Counted from the stretch's first letter, positions 50,679 to 60,133 are shown. The stretch is DNA of 64,000 nucleotides from an uncultured Muribaculaceae bacterium (GCA_964371025.1 CAYJKH010000001.1:2077-66076), one strand, 5' to 3'. Translations and numbers: made by a program. The notes: a model not told the origin generated them from the sequence alone.

Positions 50679-51842
50679 ATGGGTAAAATAAATACTAAAA
50701 ATTTAATACTTATTGTAAGTAGTTTATTATTAATAATAGGAATAGGAATATATTATTTTAATCAACCATCATCTGCTCAAAAAGACTCTATTAGTCTAAA
50801 AGAATATAGTGAATATTTTGCAGTTACTATATTTAATAATGATTCAAAATATTATTCGGATCGTAATAATAGAATTAAAATAACACCTTATATAGATGAA
50901 AACAATAATTTTGTTTATACTCCATACATTTATGATGATTCATCTAGTGCTACGCTTAATACATTTTTACAAGAACAATTGATTACTGATCCAGGATATA
51001 AATATCTATTAGAAAATATATTTCCTAAAGTGGAGTGGGATAATAAATATTACTCTCCAGAACTAAAAGAAATTGATTTAAATGATTATGAAGATCCTAT
51101 AACTAAGGAACCAGATTATGTGATGTCACAATTAATTATATGGGCATATTACTACACTAAATACCCTGAAGAAGATAAAAATGAATATCTTAATAAAATA
51201 AAAGAAACTAAGTATATATTTTTTCAAGATGATGAGGTAAATGTAGATATTTATGGCGATTTATATGATGAAGTTATTAAGGATTTGGTTGATGAAGCCC
51301 TTCGTCAAAATGAACAGCCAGTTATAGACCCAGTTGTTAATGTTGTTAATACTGACAAAAATATAGCAGTAACTACAGATGAAGAATATTATCAAACAGG
51401 TGCTATAAATATAAGTAAGAGTAATATAGAAAATTATATTGATCATGAATTTATAATTAATGGACCAAAAGGAACTTATTTAATAGATGGTGATGGTAAT
51501 AAAATAGAAGGAAAAACTACAGCTACCGAAGTTTATGCAAGAATTCCAATTGATAATGTTACCGATGAAAATAAAGTAGTAGTATTAAATATGATATCTT
51601 ATTATGAGACAGATGAATTAGTTACATATGTTGATTCTAATGGAAATAGTTTAATATCTGTAAAACCAGTTATAAAAACGTTAAATAGTACTATTAATGT
51701 TCCTTTATTATTAAAAATAAATGTGCCAGATACTAATATATTTGTATCTAATAGTATTTATTTTATTGGAGCAATATTTTTATTATTAGGAGCAGGAGTG
51801 ATTTATTTATATGAGAGAAGAAAAAAGAAAATTAAAGAATAG
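50679..51842 (+). CDS. pilin-like paralog 3, TED-related but lacking the thioester Cys; sorting signal VPDTN
   Basis: Signal anchor MGKINTKNLILIVSSLLLIIGIGIYYF. SQLIIWAYYY block present, but no Cys in the preceding ~100 aa. C-terminal VPDTNIFVS + hydrophobic + YERRKKKIKE. Start at ATG 50679 behind AAGAAGG. Confidence 0.5.
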   Translation: MGKINTKNLILIVSSLLLIIGIGIYYFNQPSSAQKDSISLKEYSEYFAVTIFNNDSKYYSDRNNRIKITPYIDENNNFVYTPYIYDDSSSATLNTFLQEQLITDPGYKYLLENIFPKVEWDNKYYSPELKEIDLNDYEDPITKEPDYVMSQLIIWAYYYTKYPEEDKNEYLNKIKETKYIFFQDDEVNVDIYGDLYDEVIKDLVDEALRQNEQPVIDPVVNVVNTDKNIAVTTDEEYYQTGAINISKSNIENYIDHEFIINGPKGTYLIDGDGNKIEGKTTATEVYARIPIDNVTDENKVVVLNMISYYETDELVTYVDSNGNSLISVKPVIKTLNSTINVPLLLKINVPDTNIFVSNSIYFIGAIFLLLGAGVIYLYERRKKKIKE

Positions 51843-52458
51843 TCACTTAATAATCATTGGAGTTATTTTAATGTTAATAGGAGTTACAATATTATCTTCT
51901 AATTACATTTTAAAATTAAAAAATGAAGTTTTTACTGATGCCCTTATTATGATTTATAACGATAAAGGTGAAGTTGTAAATGAAATATTAAATGATGTTC
52001 CGGAAGTGGATGTCGTTAATGATATACCTAATGCTCCTAAAGCAAAAAAAATAGATTATTCTAAGTACTTGGGAGTTTTAGAAATACCTAAAATTAGTTT
52101 GAAGAGTGGCTTTTATGATTTAGATTCTAAATATAATAACATTGAAAAAAATGTTACACTTTCACTAGGGTCAAGAATGCCAGATGTTGAAAATGGTAAC
52201 TTAATATTAATGGCACATTCTGGTAATGCTTACATTGCTTATTTTGCCTATTTATATAAATTAAAAGTAAATGATAAAATGTATGTTACTTATAATAATA
52301 TAAAATATGAATATGAATTAGTAGATATTTACGATGTTGAAAAAACAGGAACGGTTGAAATAAAGAGAAATTATAGTAAAAAAACACTAACTTTAATTAC
52401 ATGTACAAAAGATAGTGATACTAAACAAACTGTATATATAGCAGAAATGGTAGAATAG
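51811..52458 (+). CDS. sortase (TLxTC catalytic motif), paralog of 9458-10117
   Basis: N-terminal TM, YLGVLEIPKISL, LILMAHSGNA (His), TLTLITCTKDS (Cys); ends ...YIAEMVE like the first sortase (...YIAELISVE). Confidence 0.8.
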   Translation: MREEKRKLKNSHLIIIGVILMLIGVTILSSNYILKLKNEVFTDALIMIYNDKGEVVNEILNDVPEVDVVNDIPNAPKAKKIDYSKYLGVLEIPKISLKSGFYDLDSKYNNIEKNVTLSLGSRMPDVENGNLILMAHSGNAYIAYFAYLYKLKVNDKMYVTYNNIKYEYELVDIYDVEKTGTVEIKRNYSKKTLTLITCTKDSDTKQTVYIAEMVE

Positions 52459-52466
52459 GAGGAAAT

Positions 52467-53042
52467 ATGACATTTAATTTAATTGATCAACTTCAAATAA
52501 TATTTAATTATATATTTTCATCTTTTTTAGGATTAGAATTATTTATATTTGTTATTTTATTTACAGCAGTTTTAATTTTAAATATATTTTATGATTATAA
52601 AATAATTAAAGTTTGTTCATTATCTCTTATGATAGCTTTTATAATTGGAATATTTATATTTAATAGAGATTATGTGATAGATAGCATTTCTTTATTTATT
52701 AAATTTATAATAGAATATATATATTTTCCTTCTATATTAATGTATTTTTTAATCATAGTAGCAGTAACTATATATATGATTATTAATATGTATTCAACTA
52801 AAATATCAAAAAGAAAGAAAATTTTTAATTATTCTGTATTTTCAATTCTATACTTTTGCTTTTTTTCATTCTTAGCTATTTCTATAATAGGGGAATTTGA
52901 TTTATCAAATGAAAGCATTTTATACCAAGATGAGGTTATATTAGCCTTAATTCAAGTAAGTAATTTATTTTTATTTTCTTTTATTATATTTGATCTTATA
53001 TATCATTTATATAAGTTTCTACAAAAAAAAGATAAAGAATAG
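52467..53042 (+). CDS. hypothetical polytopic membrane protein
   Basis: 5 predicted TM helices; RBS AGGAGG; no known motif. Confidence 0.4.
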   Translation: MTFNLIDQLQIIFNYIFSSFLGLELFIFVILFTAVLILNIFYDYKIIKVCSLSLMIAFIIGIFIFNRDYVIDSISLFIKFIIEYIYFPSILMYFLIIVAVTIYMIINMYSTKISKRKKIFNYSVFSILYFCFFSFLAISIIGEFDLSNESILYQDEVILALIQVSNLFLFSFIIFDLIYHLYKFLQKKDKE

Positions 53043-53090
53043 TGCTATTTTAAAAAGGTAGTGTTAATATAAAGAGGAAAGGAGTAAATC

Positions 53091-53504
53091 ATGAATAATA
53101 AAATGTTAAAAGTAGTAGGAGTTCTTATGATAATTTTTGGGGGACTTGGAGTATTACTTAGTGGTTTTGCTTTTTTAGGATTATCTATGTTTATGGATAC
53201 TATAAAGGCATCTGGAGAAATTGTTGATGAAACAATAGTTTATGGAAGTTTAGCAATTGGAATTGTTTATGCAATATTACAACTAGCAACAGGAATTATT
53301 GCAGTTATAAATTATCAAGAACCTGAAAAAGCTAAATTAATTATTATCTTAGGTTTTATATTAGTGGCTATAAATATTATTTCTACAATAATGGTATTAT
53401 CATATGAAGAAACTAATATTTTAAGTATATTAATTAGTTTTGTATTACCAACTTTATTGATAATTGCAGGATTTAATGGTAAAAAAGCATTGAATAGTAA
53501 ATAA
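53091..53504 (+). CDS. hypothetical small polytopic membrane protein
   Basis: 4 predicted TM helices; RBS AGGAG. Confidence 0.4.
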   Translation: MNNKMLKVVGVLMIIFGGLGVLLSGFAFLGLSMFMDTIKASGEIVDETIVYGSLAIGIVYAILQLATGIIAVINYQEPEKAKLIIILGFILVAINIISTIMVLSYEETNILSILISFVLPTLLIIAGFNGKKALNSK

Positions 53505-53521
53505 ATAATATATATTTTAAT

Positions 53522-53551
53522 ACTTATACATTTTATGTATAAGTTTTTTTG
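53522..53551 (+). terminator. rho-independent terminator
   Basis: ACTTATACA-tttta-TGTATAAGT followed by T7. Confidence 0.7.
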
Positions 53552-53679
53552 TACAAATTTTTACTGTAAAGTTTACTGTTTGATAAATTATAAATCTATT
53601 GAGTATATAGTGATTTCAAAATTGATTTACACTCTATTTAGAACTTTTTCAAAAAAAGAAAACAATAAATCAATCCTTA

Positions 53680-53708
53680 TTGACATCCATTAAAATAATA
53701 GATACAAT
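53680..53708 (+). promoter_or_regulatory. consensus sigma-A-type promoter (TTGACA-17 nt-TACAAT) driving the 53829-58329 cluster through a ~115-nt leader
   Basis: TTGACA at 53680-53685, 17-nt spacer, TACAAT at 53703-53708; no ORF between promoter and 53829. Confidence 0.6.
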
Positions 53709-53828
53709 ATATTTGTATATTATAGAGAGAGTAGCAAAGTCAGATAGACTACTATAATCTAAATGCTATATATTATTATATTGTCTATACTAATATACTA
53801 AAAATCTTTAAACAAAGGATATAAGTGT

Positions 53829-54527
53829 ATGAATGAAAAAATTAACGTAAAAGCAACTAAAGTAGGAACAAGAAAAAAAATTGTTAAAATTGTAAAGATA
53901 ATATTATTAATAATAGTGTTTATATTGTTAGTATTGTATTTGGTAATGGGAGTCATCTATAATAGTGGCAATTTCAGTATAACACTTGATAAGAACTTGT
54001 ATTTTGATAAAGGAATAATCATTTATGATGATCCTGATTACAAAGTATATCGTTCTGAATTGTTTGCAGAAACTATTCCAACATTTGATAATATATCAGG
54101 TAAGTGGATTCCAGAAGATGTTTGGGCTGGTAATGGTTCGAATAACGGAAAGAATTATATGGCTTATTCATTTTATATGGAAAATGAAGGTAAAGATCCT
54201 GCGAATATTTGGGCGGAAGTAATTATTGATGATGTTATAAAAAATCTAGATGAGGCAGTTAGAGTCCGTGTGTATAAGGATGGGGAGTACAATACTTATG
54301 CTAAATTGGGCGCTAATGGGGAAGCGGAACCTGAAACAGAATCTTTTTATAATGACAAGTATATTATGCTTGAAGAAGTAAAAGATTTTAAACCAGGAGA
54401 TATAATCAAATATACGGTAGTTGTTTGGTTAGAAGGTGCTGACCCAGAATGTACTGATAACATTTTAGGTGGAGAGATTAAATTTCATATGAACTTTAAC
54501 TCAGAATTTGTCGAAGAAGAAAAATAA
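53829..54527 (+). CDS. hypothetical membrane-anchored protein, first gene of exported-paralog cluster
   Basis: Basic N-terminus (KATKVGTRKKIVKIVK) + TM (IILLIIVFILLVLYLVMGVIY), then a ~190-aa extracytoplasmic domain with an acidic tail; RBS AAGGA. Confidence 0.45.
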   Translation: MNEKINVKATKVGTRKKIVKIVKIILLIIVFILLVLYLVMGVIYNSGNFSITLDKNLYFDKGIIIYDDPDYKVYRSELFAETIPTFDNISGKWIPEDVWAGNGSNNGKNYMAYSFYMENEGKDPANIWAEVIIDDVIKNLDEAVRVRVYKDGEYNTYAKLGANGEAEPETESFYNDKYIMLEEVKDFKPGDIIKYTVVVWLEGADPECTDNILGGEIKFHMNFNSEFVEEEK

Positions 54528-54541
54528 AAGGAGAGAGTGTT

Positions 54542-55789
54542 ATGAACAAACATAGTCAAAAACGTAGTCGTAAGATTAAAAAATTAGTTTTAGTTACTGT
54601 TTTATGTGCTGTTTTACTTGGTGTATCTACATATGCATGGTTTATCGGTATGAAAAAAGTAAATGTTACTAGTTTTGATATCAAAATCGCTACAACTGAA
54701 AGCTTACAATTATCATTAAATGGTACGGCTTTCGCGCAAGATATTGCAATATCTGAAACAACTTACAATGTTGAAACAGATACTACAAATCCACAAAATG
54801 CTGTTTATGCAGGGCATACAAACAGTTGGGGAGATTTAGTACCTGTATCTACTGTTGGAGTTATTGATACAACAGCATCAAGACTTACAATGTATGAAAA
54901 AGGAAGTTTAACAACTTCACCAGGTGGTTATAGAATTATGGCCAGTGAAGTAACAAATAAGGGAGCAGCTGAAGCTAAAGGTTATGTTGCATTTGATTTA
55001 TTTGTTAAAAACTTGTCTGGAGAAGAATATTATGTTGAAAACAATCAACTTAATGAAGAAGCAATTTATTTAAATATTGATTCTAAAGTTGAAGGAAGTG
55101 GAACTACAACAGGAGCTGAAAACAGTGGGATTGAAAACTCAATTAGAGTTGCATTTGCACAAATTGGTCGTGTAGAAGCTACTACAACTACAGCATCAAC
55201 TATTACAGGAATTAGCTGTTCTACAGCTGGAGAAGTTACTGGAATTTGTAGAAATGCTACAATCTGGGAACCAAATGATACTAAACATGTACAAAATGCT
55301 ATTAACTGGTATGATACTTCATGTGCATCAAGAACAGGAGCAGATATTACTGCGGCAGCTTCATACGGAGCATTCGGATCTTGTGCAGAGGTTACTACAA
55401 CAGGAGCAGTGCCAACTTATGCAGTAGCTCAAGAAATTGATTATACTGATCAAGTTGATGCTTATGATGGAGCAGCATTAAATGGATATACTGGAAGTAC
55501 TACTTCTGGACATTTACAAGCTATGGATTACTTTACTGATACTGAAAGAGATTTATCAGGAACTGCACGTCCAACATTCATGACGTTAGCGCCAAATAGT
55601 ATTACTAAAGTAAGAGTTTATATTTACTTAGAAGGTCAAGATATTGATAATTATGATTTTGCTTCATTAGGAGAAAAAATCACTATGAACTTCGGATTTA
55701 CTAAAGAAAGATTCTTCGGTGAAGATATTGGATATACAGGAACACCTACATTACCAGATGATGTAGTAGAAGCTGAACAAAATCCATAA
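54542..55789 (+). CDS. large exported protein with SipW-cognate-like signal peptide (TasA/camelysin-like candidate fibre subunit), paralog 1
   Basis: Basic N-terminus, h-region LVLVTVLCAVLLGVSTYAWFIGMKK with YAWF right after it (compare TasA TWAAFND, CalY TFAYFSD). Conserved C-terminal block GTARPTFMTLAPNSITKVRVYIYLEGQDIDNYDFASLG...NFGFTKERF. Conserved Cys pairs; acidic C-terminal tail. Confidence 0.6.
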   Translation: MNKHSQKRSRKIKKLVLVTVLCAVLLGVSTYAWFIGMKKVNVTSFDIKIATTESLQLSLNGTAFAQDIAISETTYNVETDTTNPQNAVYAGHTNSWGDLVPVSTVGVIDTTASRLTMYEKGSLTTSPGGYRIMASEVTNKGAAEAKGYVAFDLFVKNLSGEEYYVENNQLNEEAIYLNIDSKVEGSGTTTGAENSGIENSIRVAFAQIGRVEATTTTASTITGISCSTAGEVTGICRNATIWEPNDTKHVQNAINWYDTSCASRTGADITAAASYGAFGSCAEVTTTGAVPTYAVAQEIDYTDQVDAYDGAALNGYTGSTTSGHLQAMDYFTDTERDLSGTARPTFMTLAPNSITKVRVYIYLEGQDIDNYDFASLGEKITMNFGFTKERFFGEDIGYTGTPTLPDDVVEAEQNP

Positions 55790-55883
55790 TATAAATTATA
55801 GATTAAAGTTAATATTATATATAAATATACTATAAGTTACTTATTATAAGTAGCTTATAGATATAAATTTGAAAGGGAATAAT

Positions 55884-57170
55884 ATGAAAAAAAGAACAAA
55901 CACTAAAAAATTAAGAAGAACTATTATGGTATTCTTATTATGTGCTGTTGTATTAGGTGTATCTACGTATGCATGGTTCATCGGTATGAAAAAAGTAAAT
56001 GTTAGTAGTTTCGATATTAATATTGCTACTACTGAAGGTTTATTCTTATCAATGACTGGTGAAGAAGATTCATGGAAATATACTTTAGATGCAGCGGGTG
56101 CTGATGTTACAGCTTACCCAAATAATTCTAATACATGGGCAACAGATGGTTTAATTCCAATGTCATCAATTGGTGATATGGATTCTACATCTTCAACTAT
56201 GATGATGTATGAAAAAGGAAGTTTAACAGCTTCACCTGGTGGGTACCGTTTACTTGCTAGTAGAGTAGAAAATTATGCAGCAACTGCAGATGGTTTTGAA
56301 GTAGGAAAAGGTTATGTAGCTTTTGACTTATTCATTAAAAACTTATCTGGAGAAGAATATTATACAGATAATGAGCCTCTAAATGAAGAAGCAATTTACT
56401 TAAATACTAACTCATCTGTAGGAGTAGCTACAACTGGTGGAGTTGCTAATACAGGAATTGAAAATTCAGTTAGAGTTGCATTTGCACAAATTGGTCGTGT
56501 TGAAGCTACAACTACAAATGAAACAAATATTCAAGATATTGAATGTTCTGATGTGGCAGCTGATACTGATCAAGCTCAAGTAACTGGTATTTGTAGAAAT
56601 GCAGCAATTTGGGAGCCAAATGATACTGCACATAATGCAAATGCAATTGGTTGGTACAACACTGCGTGTGATCCAAGAAATACTGATGGAACAGATGTAA
56701 CTGATCCTTCATCATTTGATGAATCTGGAACTTGTGGAACTGTAGCAAATGGAACAGCTAATAAAACTTATGCAATTAGTAGAGAAATCAATATTGCTGA
56801 TAATGTAGATGTATATGATGGATTAGAATATAATACATATGAAGCTAATACTAATACATATGATGAATATCTTGCAGCTGATGCAGCAGCAAAAGCTGAT
56901 ATGAAATTAGTAGATTTCGATGCATTTACTGATACAGAAAAAAATCTTACAGGAACTGCACGTCCAACATTTATGACGTTAGCTCCAAACAGTATTACTA
57001 AAGTAAGAGTATATGTATACTTAGAAGGACAAGATGTTGATAACTATGATTTTGCATCATTAGGAGCAGCAATCTCTGTTAACTTTGGATTTACTAAAGA
57101 AAGATTTGAAACAAGTGATATTACTGATTACGATGGACCAGCTCCAGTTGTGGGTACTGACACTCCTTAA
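55884..57170 (+). CDS. large exported SipW-cognate-like protein, paralog 2
   Basis: The N-terminal 45 aa and the C-terminal ~70 aa are near-identical to paralog 1 (VLGVSTYAWFIGMKKVNV...; GTARPTFMTLAPNSITKVRVYVYLEGQDVDNYDFASLG). The central region has diverged. Start at ATG 55884 behind AAGGGA. Confidence 0.6.
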   Translation: MKKRTNTKKLRRTIMVFLLCAVVLGVSTYAWFIGMKKVNVSSFDINIATTEGLFLSMTGEEDSWKYTLDAAGADVTAYPNNSNTWATDGLIPMSSIGDMDSTSSTMMMYEKGSLTASPGGYRLLASRVENYAATADGFEVGKGYVAFDLFIKNLSGEEYYTDNEPLNEEAIYLNTNSSVGVATTGGVANTGIENSVRVAFAQIGRVEATTTNETNIQDIECSDVAADTDQAQVTGICRNAAIWEPNDTAHNANAIGWYNTACDPRNTDGTDVTDPSSFDESGTCGTVANGTANKTYAISREINIADNVDVYDGLEYNTYEANTNTYDEYLAADAAAKADMKLVDFDAFTDTEKNLTGTARPTFMTLAPNSITKVRVYVYLEGQDVDNYDFASLGAAISVNFGFTKERFETSDITDYDGPAPVVGTDTP

Positions 57171-57199
57171 TCAATAATAAAGAAAACTATATATTGGAT

Positions 57200-57228
57200 A
57201 AAGAGTAATCAAATTACTCTTTATTTAT
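57200..57228 (+). terminator. possible rho-independent terminator/attenuator
   Basis: AAGAGTAAT-caa-ATTACTCTT followed by TTATTTAT (weak U-tract). Confidence 0.45.
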
Positions 57229-57249
57229 ATATATATAATAGGTGGTATT

Positions 57250-58329
57250 ATGGAAGAAAATAAAAATGAAGAGCAAGTAATTGTTATTAAGAAAATAAGG
57301 AAAAGAATGTCAAAGAAAAAGAAATATTTAACAATATTTTATATCTTTTTGCTTACTGTTTTACTAATTGTTACTACTTATGCATGGTTTTCTACAGCAT
57401 TAAATGTTCAAATTAGGGATTTTAATGTAGTAGCAGCCAAAAATAGTGGACTTTCGATATCGTTTGATGCTATTAATTATGATACTTTCCTAGAAATATC
57501 TCGAGAAAATATAATTGAAGATTTAGGAGCTAGATACCCAACTCATACTAATCATTGGTCTGATAATGGACTTGTACCAGTATCTACAAACGGAATAGGA
57601 TCTATTCCAGATAAATTTGATTTTTATTTTACAGATGGAATATATTATTTAAATAATGATAAAGAACAACCATTCTTAAGAACTTTAAAATCAAAAGAAG
57701 ATGATCCTAATCCATATTCATACTTCACGTCATTTGATATATTTTTGAAAAATGAAACAGGTTCTCCTGTACCAGATAATTTATATTTAACAAATGAAAC
57801 AAAAGCTATTTTTAATGGTGAATATTCAGAAGAAATGGATAGTTTATTAAATACTATGCGATTTGGTTTTGTTAAAATAGGATCAGTAGACCATGATACT
57901 CCAGCTACAACAGTTCAAAATATGACATGTATTGGAACTTGTGAGGATGTTATTTATGAACCATATCATACGACACATACTGATTTATCAATTGAAAGAG
58001 CTAAAAAATATGGAATTAATTTAAGAGATGGTTCGGCATTTCCAACATTTGGAATGATTAAAGCAGGTGGTCCAATTATGATGAAAAATGCAGTAAGTGG
58101 TTCCACTAGTTTAGAACCAGAGTATTTTAGATTACAAGAAACATTTAATTCACAAGAATTAAGTCAATCTTTATTTGAAGTGCCAGATGGTGTTACTAAG
58201 GTGAGAGTTTATGCTTGGTTAGAAGCACAAGATATTGACAGTTTAGAGACTAACTCAACAGGGGCAGAGTTGACATTATCAATTGATTTTGAGAAAGATA
58301 CTGCTGGTTGGGAAGCATTTAATTATTAA
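57250..58329 (+). CDS. exported SipW-cognate-like protein, divergent paralog 3
   Basis: Signal LTIFYIFLLTVLLIVTTYAWFSTALNV (YAWF). The C-terminal VTKVRVYAWLEAQDIDSLE...LSIDFEKD parallels the paralog 1/2 C-block. CxxxC pair (CIGTC). RBS AGGTGG. Confidence 0.55.
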   Translation: MEENKNEEQVIVIKKIRKRMSKKKKYLTIFYIFLLTVLLIVTTYAWFSTALNVQIRDFNVVAAKNSGLSISFDAINYDTFLEISRENIIEDLGARYPTHTNHWSDNGLVPVSTNGIGSIPDKFDFYFTDGIYYLNNDKEQPFLRTLKSKEDDPNPYSYFTSFDIFLKNETGSPVPDNLYLTNETKAIFNGEYSEEMDSLLNTMRFGFVKIGSVDHDTPATTVQNMTCIGTCEDVIYEPYHTTHTDLSIERAKKYGINLRDGSAFPTFGMIKAGGPIMMKNAVSGSTSLEPEYFRLQETFNSQELSQSLFEVPDGVTKVRVYAWLEAQDIDSLETNSTGAELTLSIDFEKDTAGWEAFNY

Positions 58330-58497
58330 AATAAAAGAATAAATAGAGTGAAAAGGTGGTTATTATGGATAAAGATTCAAGACAAGTTGACTTTGATTTG
58401 TCATTACTAAAATTAGATGAATTAATTAAGTTACATAATGAAATATCGCAGTTTAAGGTATTTCTTAGTGATAAATTAATAGAAGATAAGGAGAGTG

Positions 58498-60120
58498 ATG
58501 ATAATGAATAGTAATTTTTTAAACTATATTTTAGATGATATAGATACAAAAAAGAAAACTCTAGCATCAATGCCTATTAAGACTAAAACAAATATAAAAA
58601 AATATAATGATTTAGTGGATAGTATTTTAAAGTCATATGATGAATATGAAAATAATGTTACTAAATATATAACAGCAAAGAGTAATTCATTTCAAGTTCC
58701 AACAGTTGTTAAAAATAATGATATAGATAATATTAATAACCAAATTAAAGAATTAGAAGAAGCAAAGTTTCTGATTAATCCTTTTAATACTTTTTACGAA
58801 AAGTTAAAATTTGATGAAATGTTATATGAATTAGATTTTTATGGTGATTATGATTTTAGTAATATATATGTTGTATTAGATAAGTTGTTAGATAAATTTG
58901 AAGCTATTGGAGTAAGACTTACTTCAACAGAATTTAATTATACACCATATGTTTATGATTTTATGAGAGCTTTTTTAGAAGTAAGAATAAGCAATAGTTC
59001 GAATTTTGAAAGAGTTACTAAAATATTTGAAGAAATATACTGGACAAACCCTGATTTAGTAAGGCATATCGTATTTAACTTTAAAAAGCTAATTAGAAAA
59101 CATGCTAAAAAATTTGATGCGTATTTAACTGTGTTACAAAAAAAAGTAATTGCTTCTAATAGACTGTCAAGTTATGGTGATTGTATTAGTCGATTAGAGG
59201 ATTTATATATAAGTAAAAATAATATAGATAAAGAAACAATTGAAGATATAGTTAATAAATCATTAAATGGAGAAATTAATATTGCTCTATATTTAGAAGG
59301 CTCTAAATACAGAGATAGTGTAGCAAAAGAATTTAAAGATGACTTAGATTTAAATAATTTAGAAGACTTTAAATTAGTTTGTGATAATTTAGAAAAACTT
59401 AAAATTAATATAGAAGAATTTGCTTATTATAAGAAATTATTACCATTAATTGATTATATTAAAGTTGAGTTTGACAAAACTAGTGAAAATATTACTAAGT
59501 TTGATTCTAAAAGAGTTAAACAAATTGAAAACTTAATTATAGAAAAAGAAAATAAAATGGATAAACTTAATAAAAAAGTTGTTAATCCATCTCGTTTATT
59601 TGGAAAACCAAATGAACTTGAAGTTTCTAAAATTAAAGCAGAATCTTTAAATGTTGCTAAAGAGTTAACTAAAATGTATGAAAAATATGATGAAACATAT
59701 TTTATTGATAAGTTAATAAGAGTTTATTCTACATCAATGACAGTTTCTGACTTTTTGACAGTTTTAAATAGTTTTGAAGCCTTTAAAAGAATTTTACTGA
59801 AAAAAGTATTTAATTTAAAATCAAAAGCAGAGGTAGAAGAGTATGTAGATTGTTTTAATTATTATGTAGGTAATCCTCTTAATATTATTTCAAAAGGGAT
59901 TTTAATATTTGATACTAATGATATTGCTAGAATTATTATTAATAAGTATAGATTAAATAATATTAATATTAATGAAGCAAGTTTAATTAATAGTGATTTG
60001 GAAGACTTTCTAGGAAAAATAAACTTAATGTTAAGAGTATTTATTATTAAAAATAGTGAAATTACAGAAGAGCAAATTTGGTTTAAATCAGAAGTTAAAA
60101 ATAAAATAAAGGGAAATTAA
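58498..60120 (+). CDS. hypothetical cytoplasmic all-helical protein (541 aa), unknown function
   Basis: no TM or signal peptide; no recognisable catalytic motif. Start ambiguous: GTG 58495, ATG 58498 or ATG 58504 behind AAGGAGAG. Confidence 0.5.
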   Translation: MIMNSNFLNYILDDIDTKKKTLASMPIKTKTNIKKYNDLVDSILKSYDEYENNVTKYITAKSNSFQVPTVVKNNDIDNINNQIKELEEAKFLINPFNTFYEKLKFDEMLYELDFYGDYDFSNIYVVLDKLLDKFEAIGVRLTSTEFNYTPYVYDFMRAFLEVRISNSSNFERVTKIFEEIYWTNPDLVRHIVFNFKKLIRKHAKKFDAYLTVLQKKVIASNRLSSYGDCISRLEDLYISKNNIDKETIEDIVNKSLNGEINIALYLEGSKYRDSVAKEFKDDLDLNNLEDFKLVCDNLEKLKINIEEFAYYKKLLPLIDYIKVEFDKTSENITKFDSKRVKQIENLIIEKENKMDKLNKKVVNPSRLFGKPNELEVSKIKAESLNVAKELTKMYEKYDETYFIDKLIRVYSTSMTVSDFLTVLNSFEAFKRILLKKVFNLKSKAEVEEYVDCFNYYVGNPLNIISKGILIFDTNDIARIIINKYRLNNININEASLINSDLEDFLGKINLMLRVFIIKNSEITEEQIWFKSEVKNKIKGN

Positions 60121-60133
60121 TTCCCTTTTTTTA
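60111..60133 (+). terminator. rho-independent terminator
   Basis: GGGAA-attaa-TTCCC followed by T7; stop codon in loop. Confidence 0.7.

Noticed and set aside
53552-53679. AT-rich 130-nt ORF-free stretch upstream of the consensus promoter, considered as a small RNA or mobile-element remnant
   Set aside because: No inverted terminal repeats, no conserved RNA motifs and no terminator of its own. Most simply an UP-element/regulatory spacer between a terminator (53522-53551) and the promoter.
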